From a virus (lineage: Duplodnaviria > Caudoviricetes): a stretch of 64,000 nucleotides of DNA. The notes beneath the pieces were generated by a model, which had not been told where the DNA came from, ran no database searches, and saw nothing but the letters and a program-made list of their open reading frames with translations. The stretch covers positions 34,775-98,774 of the IMG/VR virus record IMGVR_UViG_3300035505_000328. One strand, given 5' to 3'. Shown here piece after piece: positions 39,580 to 49,604 of the stretch (positions are counted from its first letter, which is position 1; each line of letters starts with the position of its first letter). The position numbers were made by a program, and so were the translations under genes.

Positions 39580-40305
39580 ATGGAAATTGTAACGGACAGA
39601 AATCATGCTTATGAAAATGGTAAAACAGGTCCATCTAGAAAACGTGCAAAGACAATGTTTAACTTCCTTAGTGAAGCTAAGCTTTTAAACGAAAACGGAT
39701 GTGATAAATGTGAGAATGGAGATTGCAAATGTTTAACTCGTGATGATGTAACTGATAAAGGTGCTGCTTTATTGGATTATTATTACAACAAGTGGGTTAA
39801 CATGCCTATCTTCCAGAAATCACAGTTTGATGCTAATAAGTTTTGGCAGAATCGTCTTACAGACATGGATAATGTTTACAATCAGAAGAAGCTTAATGAG
39901 AGTTCATTCACAGTAAATAACATTCATAAGAATAAGATTATGAACGCTAATATGTTCTTAGAGAGTGTTGATATGAATGTTCCTGATGAAGCTGAATATG
40001 GTGTTATTGCTTTAAACATTGAAGGAAATAAGATTGCAGTTAAGCCTGTTTTCTTTAAAGAAAATGGTGTTATTTGCAACAATAAGGTACTTGACTATCT
40101 TGCAGAAAGTTCATATGCTTGGCTTACTGATTCAGCAAAGAAAGTTAAAGAAATGGATGAATATACTGCTTTATCTCATATAAAGCATGAATCTCATGCT
40201 TTATATGAGCTTTGGAATGAGAGTTCTAGATTAACAGATATTCCTATTGATATCGTTTATGATGCAATGGATATTAGAAAAGCTCTTAATTACAATGATA
40301 ACTAA
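39580..40305 (+). CDS. Probable head-associated protein
   Basis: SD AGGAGG before MEIVTD; several L-x-E-S sites. Confidence 0.55.
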   Translation: MEIVTDRNHAYENGKTGPSRKRAKTMFNFLSEAKLLNENGCDKCENGDCKCLTRDDVTDKGAALLDYYYNKWVNMPIFQKSQFDANKFWQNRLTDMDNVYNQKKLNESSFTVNNIHKNKIMNANMFLESVDMNVPDEAEYGVIALNIEGNKIAVKPVFFKENGVICNNKVLDYLAESSYAWLTDSAKKVKEMDEYTALSHIKHESHALYELWNESSRLTDIPIDIVYDAMDIRKALNYNDN

Positions 40306-40310
40306 AAAAA

Positions 40311-40343
40311 AATCCCATAACCACACATTGTGGTTATGGGATT
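40311..40343. terminator. Bidirectional terminator
   Basis: AATCCCATAACCAC-acatt-GTGGTTATGGGATT. Confidence 0.8.
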
Positions 40344-40350
40344 CCTTATT

Positions 40351-40719
40351 CTAATATCCCCACATTACAAGGGATATATACTCATCAAAGCACTTCATAA
40401 AATGTATAGAATCAAAACATACTACTGGGTTACTGATAGATGAAATCAAATCCGTTTCTGTAGAATAGAGCAAATCATAAGTCTCATAGATTTTTTCTTT
40501 TCTAGAAAACACAATTAGCATCTTTTTAATTCCATGATTTTCTACAACAGGCAATCTGTTATCTGCCAAGTTCTTCAAAAAAGCTTCAAAGTTTGTAGCA
40601 AACCTAACTACATTACAATTATCAAAATCTTGTATAGCATTTGTATTATAAGAAGCTTCTACTTTACCATATGTGTCATATTTAATGGTTTCTAAAAATG
40701 AATAAAAATCAATCATCAT
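40351..40719 (-). CDS. Hypothetical protein
   Basis: 122 aa, translationally coupled to the upstream gene. Confidence 0.7.
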   Translation of the reverse strand: MMIDFYSFLETIKYDTYGKVEASYNTNAIQDFDNCNVVRFATNFEAFLKNLADNRLPVVENHGIKKMLIVFSRKEKIYETYDLLYSTETDLISSISNPVVCFDSIHFMKCFDEYISLVMWGY

Positions 40720-41195
40720 TTACCTCCTAACAATATAGAATCATTACGATTAGCAGTTGAATAACGTTTCTTCTTAGTTGTATCTCTGTCAAACTGTTCA
40801 TAAAATTCTATATTGGGATGCCACACTTCTTTTTCACTATTGATTTGAATTAATGGTGTATTAAAGTCCATACCAGTTTTTTGTAAACCTGTGTTTGCTT
40901 TATTAATTCTGTAAATCCTATCTAAGATGCCTCCAACGATATCTACAGAATCATCCAAACCATTTTTGGTAAGGATATAGTTTGTCTTGTAAACTGCTGT
41001 TCCGTCATCCTGAACTTCAGGTTTTGATTCTCCATACCAAAACCTGTTTTCATCAATACGATACTCAATCCAATACATATATCTAGCATGTTCTTCAATT
41101 AGCTTATCACCTAAAAACTTTAAAAACTTCCTAGGCTTTCTGAATGTAAAAATCTCGTTAGTAACGATTGAAATCTCATACATACGTTCTTTCAT
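40716..41195 (-). CDS. Hypothetical protein
   Basis: 159 aa, SD AAGGAGG. Confidence 0.75.
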   Translation of the reverse strand: MKERMYEISIVTNEIFTFRKPRKFLKFLGDKLIEEHARYMYWIEYRIDENRFWYGESKPEVQDDGTAVYKTNYILTKNGLDDSVDIVGGILDRIYRINKANTGLQKTGMDFNTPLIQINSEKEVWHPNIEFYEQFDRDTTKKKRYSTANRNDSILLGGK

Positions 41196-41208
41196 GTTTA
41201 TCCCTCCT

Positions 41209-42549
41209 TTATTTACCCATTTCTAATTCCATTAATTGTCTACGAAATGTATCTGAAAGCTCATTTCTGTGTTCAATTACATAATAATAAATTTCTTCCA
41301 TAATAGGATTGAATCCCTCTTGGAAGAAACCATTTGGTTTTGTTATACCATCAACAAGCTTCTTATACTTTCTTGGGTGGGTTTTTATTAGTGTTAAATA
41401 CTCCTTTCCCATGAGTTCAGTTATTACTTTTATTTTATCTTTTTTATCTTCGTTTAAAATTATTCTACCAAATTCAGTGTATGTTACACCCTCAACATGG
41501 TTAATAAGACTTCTCATTATATCATATATAAAGGTTTTATACTCTGGTATGCTTTTAATCTGTGCAATCCAATCTAACATGGTTGAAAAGTATCTAGGTG
41601 CTTCATAACATAAATTCTCTCTACGTTCAATTTTTATACTTATGGTATCTTGTTCTTTTTGTTTTGGAGCATCACAACCAATTTCTTTCAATACATTATC
41701 AACTACATAAGTCACTAATGTTTGATTAGTAGTATGATTAAAGTTACTGTTCTTAGTTGCTATCTCCAATAAAGCAATAAGAATATCTCTACAATCAAGC
41801 ATCCTATCAAAAGCTCCACTGAAGAATTCTTTATTATGCTTTTTATTATACCTATCAACATAATCCTTCATAAGCTTCACATCTTGAATTGTTGTGAAAT
41901 TCATAGCCTTCTCATTCTTCTTTACAAAATAAGTGTATAACTCTTTATCACCATGAAATATATACTTACCTGCATACTCCATAGAAACACAAAGAAGTTT
42001 ACCATAAAATATACAATGAGATAAATCAAATGGTACGTCTGCAGTATAAAACTCTGGGTTAATATATAACTCATCCTCTGGTATTGCAGGTTTAATATTT
42101 TCTATAGAGTGCCAATAAGTTTCTGCTTCTGAATGAACTGACATTACACTGCTAAATTTAACTTGTGATTCTCTTAATCCAATCAAAGCCAAATCAGCAA
42201 GTATTACTGCATATTGTGATTTTCCCTTTCCTGAATAGTTCTGAAGTGCATACAAGACAATACTAGCTGTAGTATTCCAGCCTAAGTTCTTGTAGTTTAA
42301 ATGTTTCATAACACTTTTGTATTTCCTGAAATTATTTTTATACAGAGTAGGTAATGTTCTGATAAAGGCATCAATAATCTTCTCTCTGTTTGCACTACTC
42401 ATGTGAATAAATGACTTATTCAAGAGTTGATAACACTGAACATTTCTCTGTATAAGGTTATTTGATAATTCCAAATCAACCTTAATCATGTCATCTTCAT
42501 CTGCGGTTACAACTTTTTCTTTTTTTGGTTTTTTGGTATAATTTGCCAT
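41209..42549 (-). CDS. Hypothetical helical protein
   Basis: 446 aa, SD AGGAGG, TATATTAT upstream (42664-42657). Confidence 0.8.
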   Translation of the reverse strand: MANYTKKPKKEKVVTADEDDMIKVDLELSNNLIQRNVQCYQLLNKSFIHMSSANREKIIDAFIRTLPTLYKNNFRKYKSVMKHLNYKNLGWNTTASIVLYALQNYSGKGKSQYAVILADLALIGLRESQVKFSSVMSVHSEAETYWHSIENIKPAIPEDELYINPEFYTADVPFDLSHCIFYGKLLCVSMEYAGKYIFHGDKELYTYFVKKNEKAMNFTTIQDVKLMKDYVDRYNKKHNKEFFSGAFDRMLDCRDILIALLEIATKNSNFNHTTNQTLVTYVVDNVLKEIGCDAPKQKEQDTISIKIERRENLCYEAPRYFSTMLDWIAQIKSIPEYKTFIYDIMRSLINHVEGVTYTEFGRIILNEDKKDKIKVITELMGKEYLTLIKTHPRKYKKLVDGITKPNGFFQEGFNPIMEEIYYYVIEHRNELSDTFRRQLMELEMGK

Positions 42550-42718
42550 AATGTAATTCCTCCTAATATAATTTAATCTTCATAGATATCCCTTACTATC
42601 AAAAATCCAGTAACTAAAACAAATGCTAAAGCAAGTATATCTGATATTCCCATGATATAATATAATCCTTTCTAAAACAACAGGGTTAAGAACATATAGT
42701 CCTTAACCCCTTTAAAAC

Positions 42719-44191
42719 TTAATCTAATGGTTCATCTGAGAAATAGAATCCCTTATTCTCAAAGAACGGTGATATTGTTCCTGACATACCAGGGTCTCCT
42801 GCAGGTGCAGCTGTTAATCCAAGCTTACCAATATAACTCGGATGTAACCCACGATATTCTTTGACAACATTATTACTTCCCTCACCCAGTCCTTGATGTC
42901 CTCTTTGGCTGTACTTTAATGATGGATTGAATAACTCAATATTGTTTACGATACCAAGATATCTTACTAAGTCATTCGTTCCACATTTTCTTATGATGAA
43001 CATAGGTGTAATTGTTGAGAATAGTGTTCGCCTATCAGCCAATGTAATCTGCTGTTTATTAAGAAGGCGATAAGTACTATTCGACAACTTTAACATTAAG
43101 TCATACACAAGATATTCATAAATACGGATTCTCTTGTATTTCAAATCCATATTATCTCTTGATAATAACTCATGGAAGTTTCTTGTCATCCATCTCACAA
43201 TAGCAAATGTATCTTCTTTGTTCTCATCTTTCAATCTCAGGTTCTTCTTAGATGAATTGTCTAAGATTCGTCTGAATGAGATAATGATATCATCTGCTTT
43301 ACCGATATAACTATTTTTGTTTCTACTGAAGAACCTACCAAAATCAGCTTTCCAATATTCCCTATCGAAAACCTGAACAAAGTCTCTACCAGTTAAGATT
43401 TCAACTAAATTGAAACAGAAGTTCCTGTCTTTTTCCCATAACTCATTGGAAATAAATAACACAGTTCCTTCTTCTTTCTTATGCCTTGTCAGTTCGAAAA
43501 TCTTGTAACTATCAGCATTTTCTTCATAATCATACTCACTCTTGTCTCCAACTACAATATCCTCTTCCCAGTCCTTACCTATAAAGTACTCCATTGTCTT
43601 TTCAAATCCCCTATCTACAAAGAAGTAATACAGGTAATTCAATTTGTTTTTGAATAGATTGATTAGTAGATACTCACCATCATATTCATTATCAAAAACA
43701 TCATAAATGCTAATGTTCTTCTTCATAATTGTAATCAACATCAACAATGTCTTTAATGTTAAATCTCCTTTGTTGTTATACGTACAGCAGTCAATAATCT
43801 GAAAGATTGGAAAGAACTTATTTCCATTCAGTAAGAAGTAAGTGTTCTCTAATAATTTAGGGAAGTACAAATACTTCTCGATGATTTCTTCTTCTCCAGT
43901 TTCTTTATCAAAGATTCTGAATTTGTAATTAATCATCATATACCTAGATGGTTCTACATTAACATAGATTGAATTGTCATTTGGGTCACTTGGATGTTGT
44001 TCCCAATCTGGAAATGTAGATTCATCTTCATTCACTGTTGAACCTAAATACTCTACTCCATCAACAACTTGTAAAGCTTCAAAGATGTTATCAATGTGTT
44101 GCTTTCCGTTGTCATGTTTCTTAAGAAATATAAGGTCATCATTGAACTTTTCTGGATTTTGTTTTCCATACTTTCTTAGTAATGAATACAT
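42719..44191 (-). CDS. Non-virion RNA polymerase beta N-terminal subunit
   Basis: FPKL...YFLLNG, DNMDLKYKRIR (beta DIDHLGNRRIR) and YRGLHPSYIGKL...DPG. Early motif at 44264-44256. Confidence 0.85.
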   Translation of the reverse strand: MYSLLRKYGKQNPEKFNDDLIFLKKHDNGKQHIDNIFEALQVVDGVEYLGSTVNEDESTFPDWEQHPSDPNDNSIYVNVEPSRYMMINYKFRIFDKETGEEEIIEKYLYFPKLLENTYFLLNGNKFFPIFQIIDCCTYNNKGDLTLKTLLMLITIMKKNISIYDVFDNEYDGEYLLINLFKNKLNYLYYFFVDRGFEKTMEYFIGKDWEEDIVVGDKSEYDYEENADSYKIFELTRHKKEEGTVLFISNELWEKDRNFCFNLVEILTGRDFVQVFDREYWKADFGRFFSRNKNSYIGKADDIIISFRRILDNSSKKNLRLKDENKEDTFAIVRWMTRNFHELLSRDNMDLKYKRIRIYEYLVYDLMLKLSNSTYRLLNKQQITLADRRTLFSTITPMFIIRKCGTNDLVRYLGIVNNIELFNPSLKYSQRGHQGLGEGSNNVVKEYRGLHPSYIGKLGLTAAPAGDPGMSGTISPFFENKGFYFSDEPLD

Positions 44192-44433
44192 CGTAAAATT
44201 CCTCCTTTTATTTTATTTGATATAATGATAATGATTTATCAGTGTATCCAATTTAATAATATATATTCAAATAGAAAATATATTTTTACTTCAATTTTTT
44301 TTAAGAAAAATAAAGTAAAACTCGAAACATATTAATACAAGAGTTGACGGTATATAGTCACTTGAGAAATATCTTTCAAGTAATATACTGTTACTTAGCA
44401 TATTAAAAAATAAAAAGAAAGAAGGAAAAAGAC

Positions 44434-44772
44434 ATGACAAAAACAGATATTGTTGTAGAGTTCGGCAAGAAGAACAATGTATCTCAGGATACAGCAAGGG
44501 AGTATATTGATTCTCTCATTTCCATTATCACTGCAGGTCTTAAGAAGGACAAGAATGTTCAGATTACAGGTTTCGGTACGTACAAGCTGAAGCATATCGA
44601 GGAGCGTGAGGGTCACAATCCTAAGAATGTTGATGAGAAGATTATGATTCCTGCTCACAATCAGGTTAGCTTCACAACTGGAGCACAGCTTAAGGCTGAC
44701 GTTAACACAGCTTCTAAGCCAGCTACAAAGAAAGCTGCTAAGACTATTGCTAAGAAGAAGAAAAAGAAATAA
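44434..44772 (+). CDS. hup: HU-like DNA-binding protein with a Lys/Ala-rich tail
   Basis: MTKTDIV, VQITGFGTY, REGHNPK and IPA...F..G..LK. Confidence 0.92.
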   Translation: MTKTDIVVEFGKKNNVSQDTAREYIDSLISIITAGLKKDKNVQITGFGTYKLKHIEEREGHNPKNVDEKIMIPAHNQVSFTTGAQLKADVNTASKPATKKAAKTIAKKKKKK

Positions 44773-44882
44773 TTCTTCTACAACATAAAAATTTCCACCA
44801 ATTAAATCCCTAAAGGTTTCGACCTTTAGGGATTTTTTATTTAAATTCCAAGAAAACTTTTTTATAAATATAATAAAAAGGA

Positions 44883-45392
44883 GTGTTTAATATGGCAGAA
44901 TTAAATATGATGGGAAAGAATATTTTACTTGACCCACAAACACAAGAGGAAACTAGTAGTGGAATTCTTTTATCTAAAGGTACTCAAAGTATGCAATGTC
45001 ATAATATTTGTATTGTGAGTGCAGTTGGACCTGATTGTAATGAAAATCTTAAAGAAGGAGTTACAGTAGTGCTTCCTCATAAAACAGGTAAATGGTTAGA
45101 ATTTGAAGGATATAAATATATCTTAGCAACTGAGGATGATATCCTTTGTATTGTTGAAGGTATTGAAGCTAAGAAACCTGAAGACGTTTATGAAATCAAT
45201 GTATCTAGAATGTTACCTAACCCGATAATGACTGTTAAAAAATCTGGTAAAAATTATCAGTTACCATTCACATCAGAACAGTATATATCTAAGTCAATTC
45301 CTAAAGAAGAACTTGAAAAAGCTGTGAATGATGTTTTAGAAAAAGATGCTAATATTTCTCAGGAACATAGAAAAAATGAAAAGGAGGATTAA
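44883..45392 (+). CDS. groES: GroES-like co-chaperonin with a C-terminal extension
   Basis: EETSSGILL, VSAVGP, LKEG..V and YILATEDDILCIV. Confidence 0.8.
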   Translation: MFNMAELNMMGKNILLDPQTQEETSSGILLSKGTQSMQCHNICIVSAVGPDCNENLKEGVTVVLPHKTGKWLEFEGYKYILATEDDILCIVEGIEAKKPEDVYEINVSRMLPNPIMTVKKSGKNYQLPFTSEQYISKSIPKEELEKAVNDVLEKDANISQEHRKNEKED

Positions 45393-45395
45393 AAC

Positions 45396-46184
45396 ATGTT
45401 TATCGAAGAATTTGATAGTGATAATATATTTGAATTAACTGAAAGTGAACAGAATGAAATCACTAGTAAGTTATCAGATGAACTCATTATCAGTAATATA
45501 AGAGAACAGATGAAAGCTACTATATCAGAAAGCTTAATTCCAAATGATATACTTAATGTCTTTAATGAAAGATATGATTTCATTGTAAGATATTATGCTG
45601 ATGACAATTCTTTAGTAACTAAGTGTAAGAATATTCGTAGGAATATCTATACAGAAATCTTTAATACTATTAAGGAAAGATTTCAATTTGAATCTAAACT
45701 TAATGAAGAAAATGAAGATTTTTATTTCTGTACAAAGGAGTTGTATCTATTCTTTGTAGTAAATTATAGATTTAACTTAATTAAATTCTTTACTAAGTTT
45801 ATTACAGACCATAGTAAGGAATTAGTTAAGGAATATAAATCATCAGAACACAAGAAAGATTTGATGTTTAAGTCTTTGAAGAAAACAATTAAGAACCAAG
45901 ATAATATTTATATTGTATATAATATAGATAATATTATAGGTGATTTCATTGAGGTATTCAATGAGAATGGTGAAGATGTTATTAGTGATATTGTCAATAC
46001 TGATATCTATGAATTAAACTACAATACAATCAATGAGTTATTCATAGAGAATAAGTATGAGACATATATTAATAACCAATTTCCTCAAATATTCTTCAAA
46101 CCATTAGTTGATGAGGAAACCAGACATGATATCATTGCAGAGATTAGAAATAATCTTATCATGTATTACAAAGACAATAATTAA
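45396..46184 (+). CDS. Hypothetical protein
   Basis: 262 aa, SD AAGGAGG. Confidence 0.8.
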   Translation: MFIEEFDSDNIFELTESEQNEITSKLSDELIISNIREQMKATISESLIPNDILNVFNERYDFIVRYYADDNSLVTKCKNIRRNIYTEIFNTIKERFQFESKLNEENEDFYFCTKELYLFFVVNYRFNLIKFFTKFITDHSKELVKEYKSSEHKKDLMFKSLKKTIKNQDNIYIVYNIDNIIGDFIEVFNENGEDVISDIVNTDIYELNYNTINELFIENKYETYINNQFPQIFFKPLVDEETRHDIIAEIRNNLIMYYKDNN

Positions 46185-46200
46185 GAAAGTAGGAAATATT

Positions 46201-46869
46201 ATGGCAAAGAAAGGTAAAAGCGATTTTATACATAATCAACGTGTAAATCAGTCATATATGAATCGTAATGGTTCTAGAATCAGAGCTATAAACAAGATGA
46301 ATCGTGAAATGCAAGAAATTATTGATGAGAATAATAAGGATTTGCAAGATTCTTTACAAGATATTACTGGTTCAAGAATTAGATTAAATAACAAAGAGGA
46401 TATGTTTAAAATCCTTAAAGAATCAGCTTTTAAGAAAATTGAGGAGTGCAACTCAATGGCTGAAGAACATAAGTTTAGTCAAGAATTGATTGATTCAGTT
46501 AAAACAGCTTATCTTACTATGATTACTGATTTTGATAATCTTACTTCTTTAGATTATCTTAAAGATATCAAAGTAGAAGAAGATGATGTTATTGATAATT
46601 ATTATGCTGGCATTATCAATGTATTAGCTAACTCTAAAAAGAAGTATCCACAGGTTAATACTACCCAGTTTAAGTCATGTTTAAGAAAAGCTGATATTTC
46701 TGATGAAACTGTTAATCTGTTTATTATTAAATTCTTCAAGTTTATTACTGAAGATACAGAAGAAAAGCATTTCGTATTTACTAGTCATATGATTAAGTCT
46801 ATATTAGAGATTAATGCTAAAGACCCATTTAATGATAAATTGATTGAAAGTATAAAGAATCTTAAATAA
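46201..46869 (+). CDS. Hypothetical protein
   Basis: Start reassigned to MAKKGK to remove the overlap. Confidence 0.7.
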   Translation: MAKKGKSDFIHNQRVNQSYMNRNGSRIRAINKMNREMQEIIDENNKDLQDSLQDITGSRIRLNNKEDMFKILKESAFKKIEECNSMAEEHKFSQELIDSVKTAYLTMITDFDNLTSLDYLKDIKVEEDDVIDNYYAGIINVLANSKKKYPQVNTTQFKSCLRKADISDETVNLFIIKFFKFITEDTEEKHFVFTSHMIKSILEINAKDPFNDKLIESIKNLK

Positions 46870-46911
46870 AAATAATGAGTGAATGGTAGTTTATACCATT
46901 CACTCATTTTA

Positions 46912-49434
46912 TTAATAATCTTCTCCACCATCTTCACTACCTATTGAAGCTTTCTTAATCTTACCCTCTTGAACTGAGAGTTTAGCTTTATCAAGTAAAC
47001 CTTCATATTTTTCCCAATCAAATGTACTCAAGATATCTTTAGTGATTTCTTTCTTAAGTTCATTTGAAAGTTCTTGTTGGTCTTCTCCAACCATAGTTGT
47101 AGTTAAGAATTCAATAACAGATTGTGAGTTGCTAATCTGTTCAGATAGTGTAGTCATGTTCAATGACTGTGGTGAAGGGAATTTAATCTCAAGGTCAGTT
47201 ACATCAAATGATATATCTAAATTAAGATTATTCTCATCATTCTGTTCCTTTTCTTCTTTGGTATCAATAGTGCCAATTTCTCCTTGATTAATGGTTTTCT
47301 TCTTAATCTTTCTCTTTTTAGAAGATAATACATGTTTTCCTAAGTATTCATTAGTATAAAGTATTCTGAATAACTTAGTAAACTGTTCACCAAATACTTT
47401 CTGATACATTATGATAGAACGTACAAATTTTCCATTCATCATACCTAATGAACGTGCAAACTCAGTTTGTTCAGCATAAGATAGGAATTCAGGAGGTATA
47501 CCCATACCAGAAATCATTGCTTTCAACAGGTATTCTATAAAATCGTTTGTGATTTCTACATTAAGACCGCTAAGTGTGTCTATTTCCACTGGTTTCTGTC
47601 CATCAACAACTGGGATAAAGTAATCTTGGAAAGTACCTACACTATTCATAATAGTATTAATATCTCCACCAAAATCACTCATTTTAATATCTTTAGTTTT
47701 AGTATCACGAATAAATGATTGAACAACACTTTCTGTGTCAGCATCCAAATCCACCTCAAGATAAAATGCTCTTTTCTCAGGAGAACGAACTAAACGCATC
47801 ATAACCTGTGAAGATAATACTGCTAAATAGAGCTTAGCTGTAAAATGAACTGGTTGAAATATACTATCATGGTATTCATCATTGCCCAATCCAAAATGTA
47901 TTACCTCAGATGGCTTAAGATAAGTAATACGAACTTGCTTATTTAAGATATTATTCTGCCTAAGCAAGCTATATATAATATCCTTAAATTCAGAATGTGA
48001 ATTAACAAATTGCTTATCTATCTTCTTAGCTAAGTTTCTTACAAATACATCAGTAATCAAACGATACTTAGCGTTCATCATATCAGGTTTATCCGTCTGT
48101 TCTGTCTTAAAGTTAGAGAATATATTTGATGTCAAACTATAAGAACCTGTAGTTAAATAATCAGGAGAATTCTCTAAGTTCTCAATATAGTAATAACCGT
48201 ATTCAATATCATCTAATGATAACTTTACAATACGTTCAGGTTTAAGCATTTTGACAATAGAACCTGTAACTTTAATTGAACCTTTGTTATTCTTCTTAGT
48301 CTTTCTATTATCAAATTTCTGAGCTGGATTTTCTCCATTCTTATCTTCAAAGTTATTGAATAAAGCTTTCTTTTTAGATTTCTTACGTTCATCATCAAAT
48401 TCTTGAGAAGCTTTTATATTATCTTCAAACAGAACACGATAATCATTCGATACTTCTACATTATTAAGTAACTGTGCTAAGTCCTTTTTAATACGTTCTG
48501 AAGCTTCATTCAATACCTTAGTTTCTTCATTATATACATCAACCATAGCATTAAAATCTTCAGTCAAAGCTTTAGTCTGCTTCTTATCTTTAAAGAATTT
48601 TTCTTTATCAGGTCTTACTGGTTTCTTAATAGTAGTTTCTGTAAGAATGTTATTCAACTGTACTATTTCATCTTCAGATAATACAATATCATCAGCAGTT
48701 AATCTCTTAACTTCTTCTGTAGTAGTCATTAAACCATCTTCACTTAAAGTTATATTCTTCTCAATTTCTTCTGCAGTATTTAAAACTGCAACAAAACAAT
48801 CACCAATCTTTAATGATTCTTCAAGTATCTTTTGAGTTATAGTTTCAAGCTTATATGTATCAATCAGTTTCTTACAGTTATCTACAATTTCTCGACTATC
48901 AATACCTAAATCAGAAGATGTAATATTTGTATCCTTATAAATAATATTAAAGGAAGTTTTTGTAAAATCATCTGGTGACATGATATTATCTACGTATGTA
49001 TTTAAAGCCTGATTCATTTGAGGTATATTCTCATAAATCATTCTATAACTGTTATACAACTGAACTCGATTCATTTCTTGTGAAAATATCTCTTGTATAT
49101 TAAACATCTCTGGATGCTCTATAACCTTTGAAATATCCATCAGCTGTTTTTGTGCTGCTTCTTTTGACCTACTTCTAGTACCACCTTGACTACTTGCATT
49201 AACAGAATTGAAGAACTCTATGATATCTCCACCAGTGTTCTGTTTAAATTGCTTGGTAACACTATTGATAGTCTGTCTGATGTCCGATAAATCTCTATCA
49301 TTTTCGTCATGGAATTTCTCATCAGTTCCATAAAGACCAGCAGTAGTCATTTTATTAAGAGTACGGAAGGTATCTAAGGTATCCTTAATTGTATTCCTGC
49401 CTTTCTTTTGACTACTATCATCTTTTTTAGCCAT
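46912..49434 (-). CDS. Portal protein (T4 gp20-like)
   Basis: MRLVRSPEKRAFYLEVD and DYFIPVVDGQKPVEIDTLSG match gp20 YRITRAPDRRVWYVD and [20 protein letters not shown]. Late promoter at 49474-49463. Confidence 0.88.
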   Translation of the reverse strand: MAKKDDSSQKKGRNTIKDTLDTFRTLNKMTTAGLYGTDEKFHDENDRDLSDIRQTINSVTKQFKQNTGGDIIEFFNSVNASSQGGTRSRSKEAAQKQLMDISKVIEHPEMFNIQEIFSQEMNRVQLYNSYRMIYENIPQMNQALNTYVDNIMSPDDFTKTSFNIIYKDTNITSSDLGIDSREIVDNCKKLIDTYKLETITQKILEESLKIGDCFVAVLNTAEEIEKNITLSEDGLMTTTEEVKRLTADDIVLSEDEIVQLNNILTETTIKKPVRPDKEKFFKDKKQTKALTEDFNAMVDVYNEETKVLNEASERIKKDLAQLLNNVEVSNDYRVLFEDNIKASQEFDDERKKSKKKALFNNFEDKNGENPAQKFDNRKTKKNNKGSIKVTGSIVKMLKPERIVKLSLDDIEYGYYYIENLENSPDYLTTGSYSLTSNIFSNFKTEQTDKPDMMNAKYRLITDVFVRNLAKKIDKQFVNSHSEFKDIIYSLLRQNNILNKQVRITYLKPSEVIHFGLGNDEYHDSIFQPVHFTAKLYLAVLSSQVMMRLVRSPEKRAFYLEVDLDADTESVVQSFIRDTKTKDIKMSDFGGDINTIMNSVGTFQDYFIPVVDGQKPVEIDTLSGLNVEITNDFIEYLLKAMISGMGIPPEFLSYAEQTEFARSLGMMNGKFVRSIIMYQKVFGEQFTKLFRILYTNEYLGKHVLSSKKRKIKKKTINQGEIGTIDTKEEKEQNDENNLNLDISFDVTDLEIKFPSPQSLNMTTLSEQISNSQSVIEFLTTTMVGEDQQELSNELKKEITKDILSTFDWEKYEGLLDKAKLSVQEGKIKKASIGSEDGGEDY

Positions 49435-49604
49435 AAGAACTATACTCCTTTCTTTGTTATAATAATTTACTGTTTTAAGAGTTTACATTTTATGAATTAA
49501 TCATAAAGTATATATTATTAATACGATGTTTCTTATAGTTGTAAAATCAATCCATACAAATTATTACGACTATAAGAAATAAATAATGAAGGAGGAATAT
49601 AAAT

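Noticed and set aside
41209-42549. Sigma-like promoter-specificity subunit of the non-virion RNAP
   Set aside because: Size and proximity to beta-N are suggestive, but I recognise no motif. It needs a structure search.
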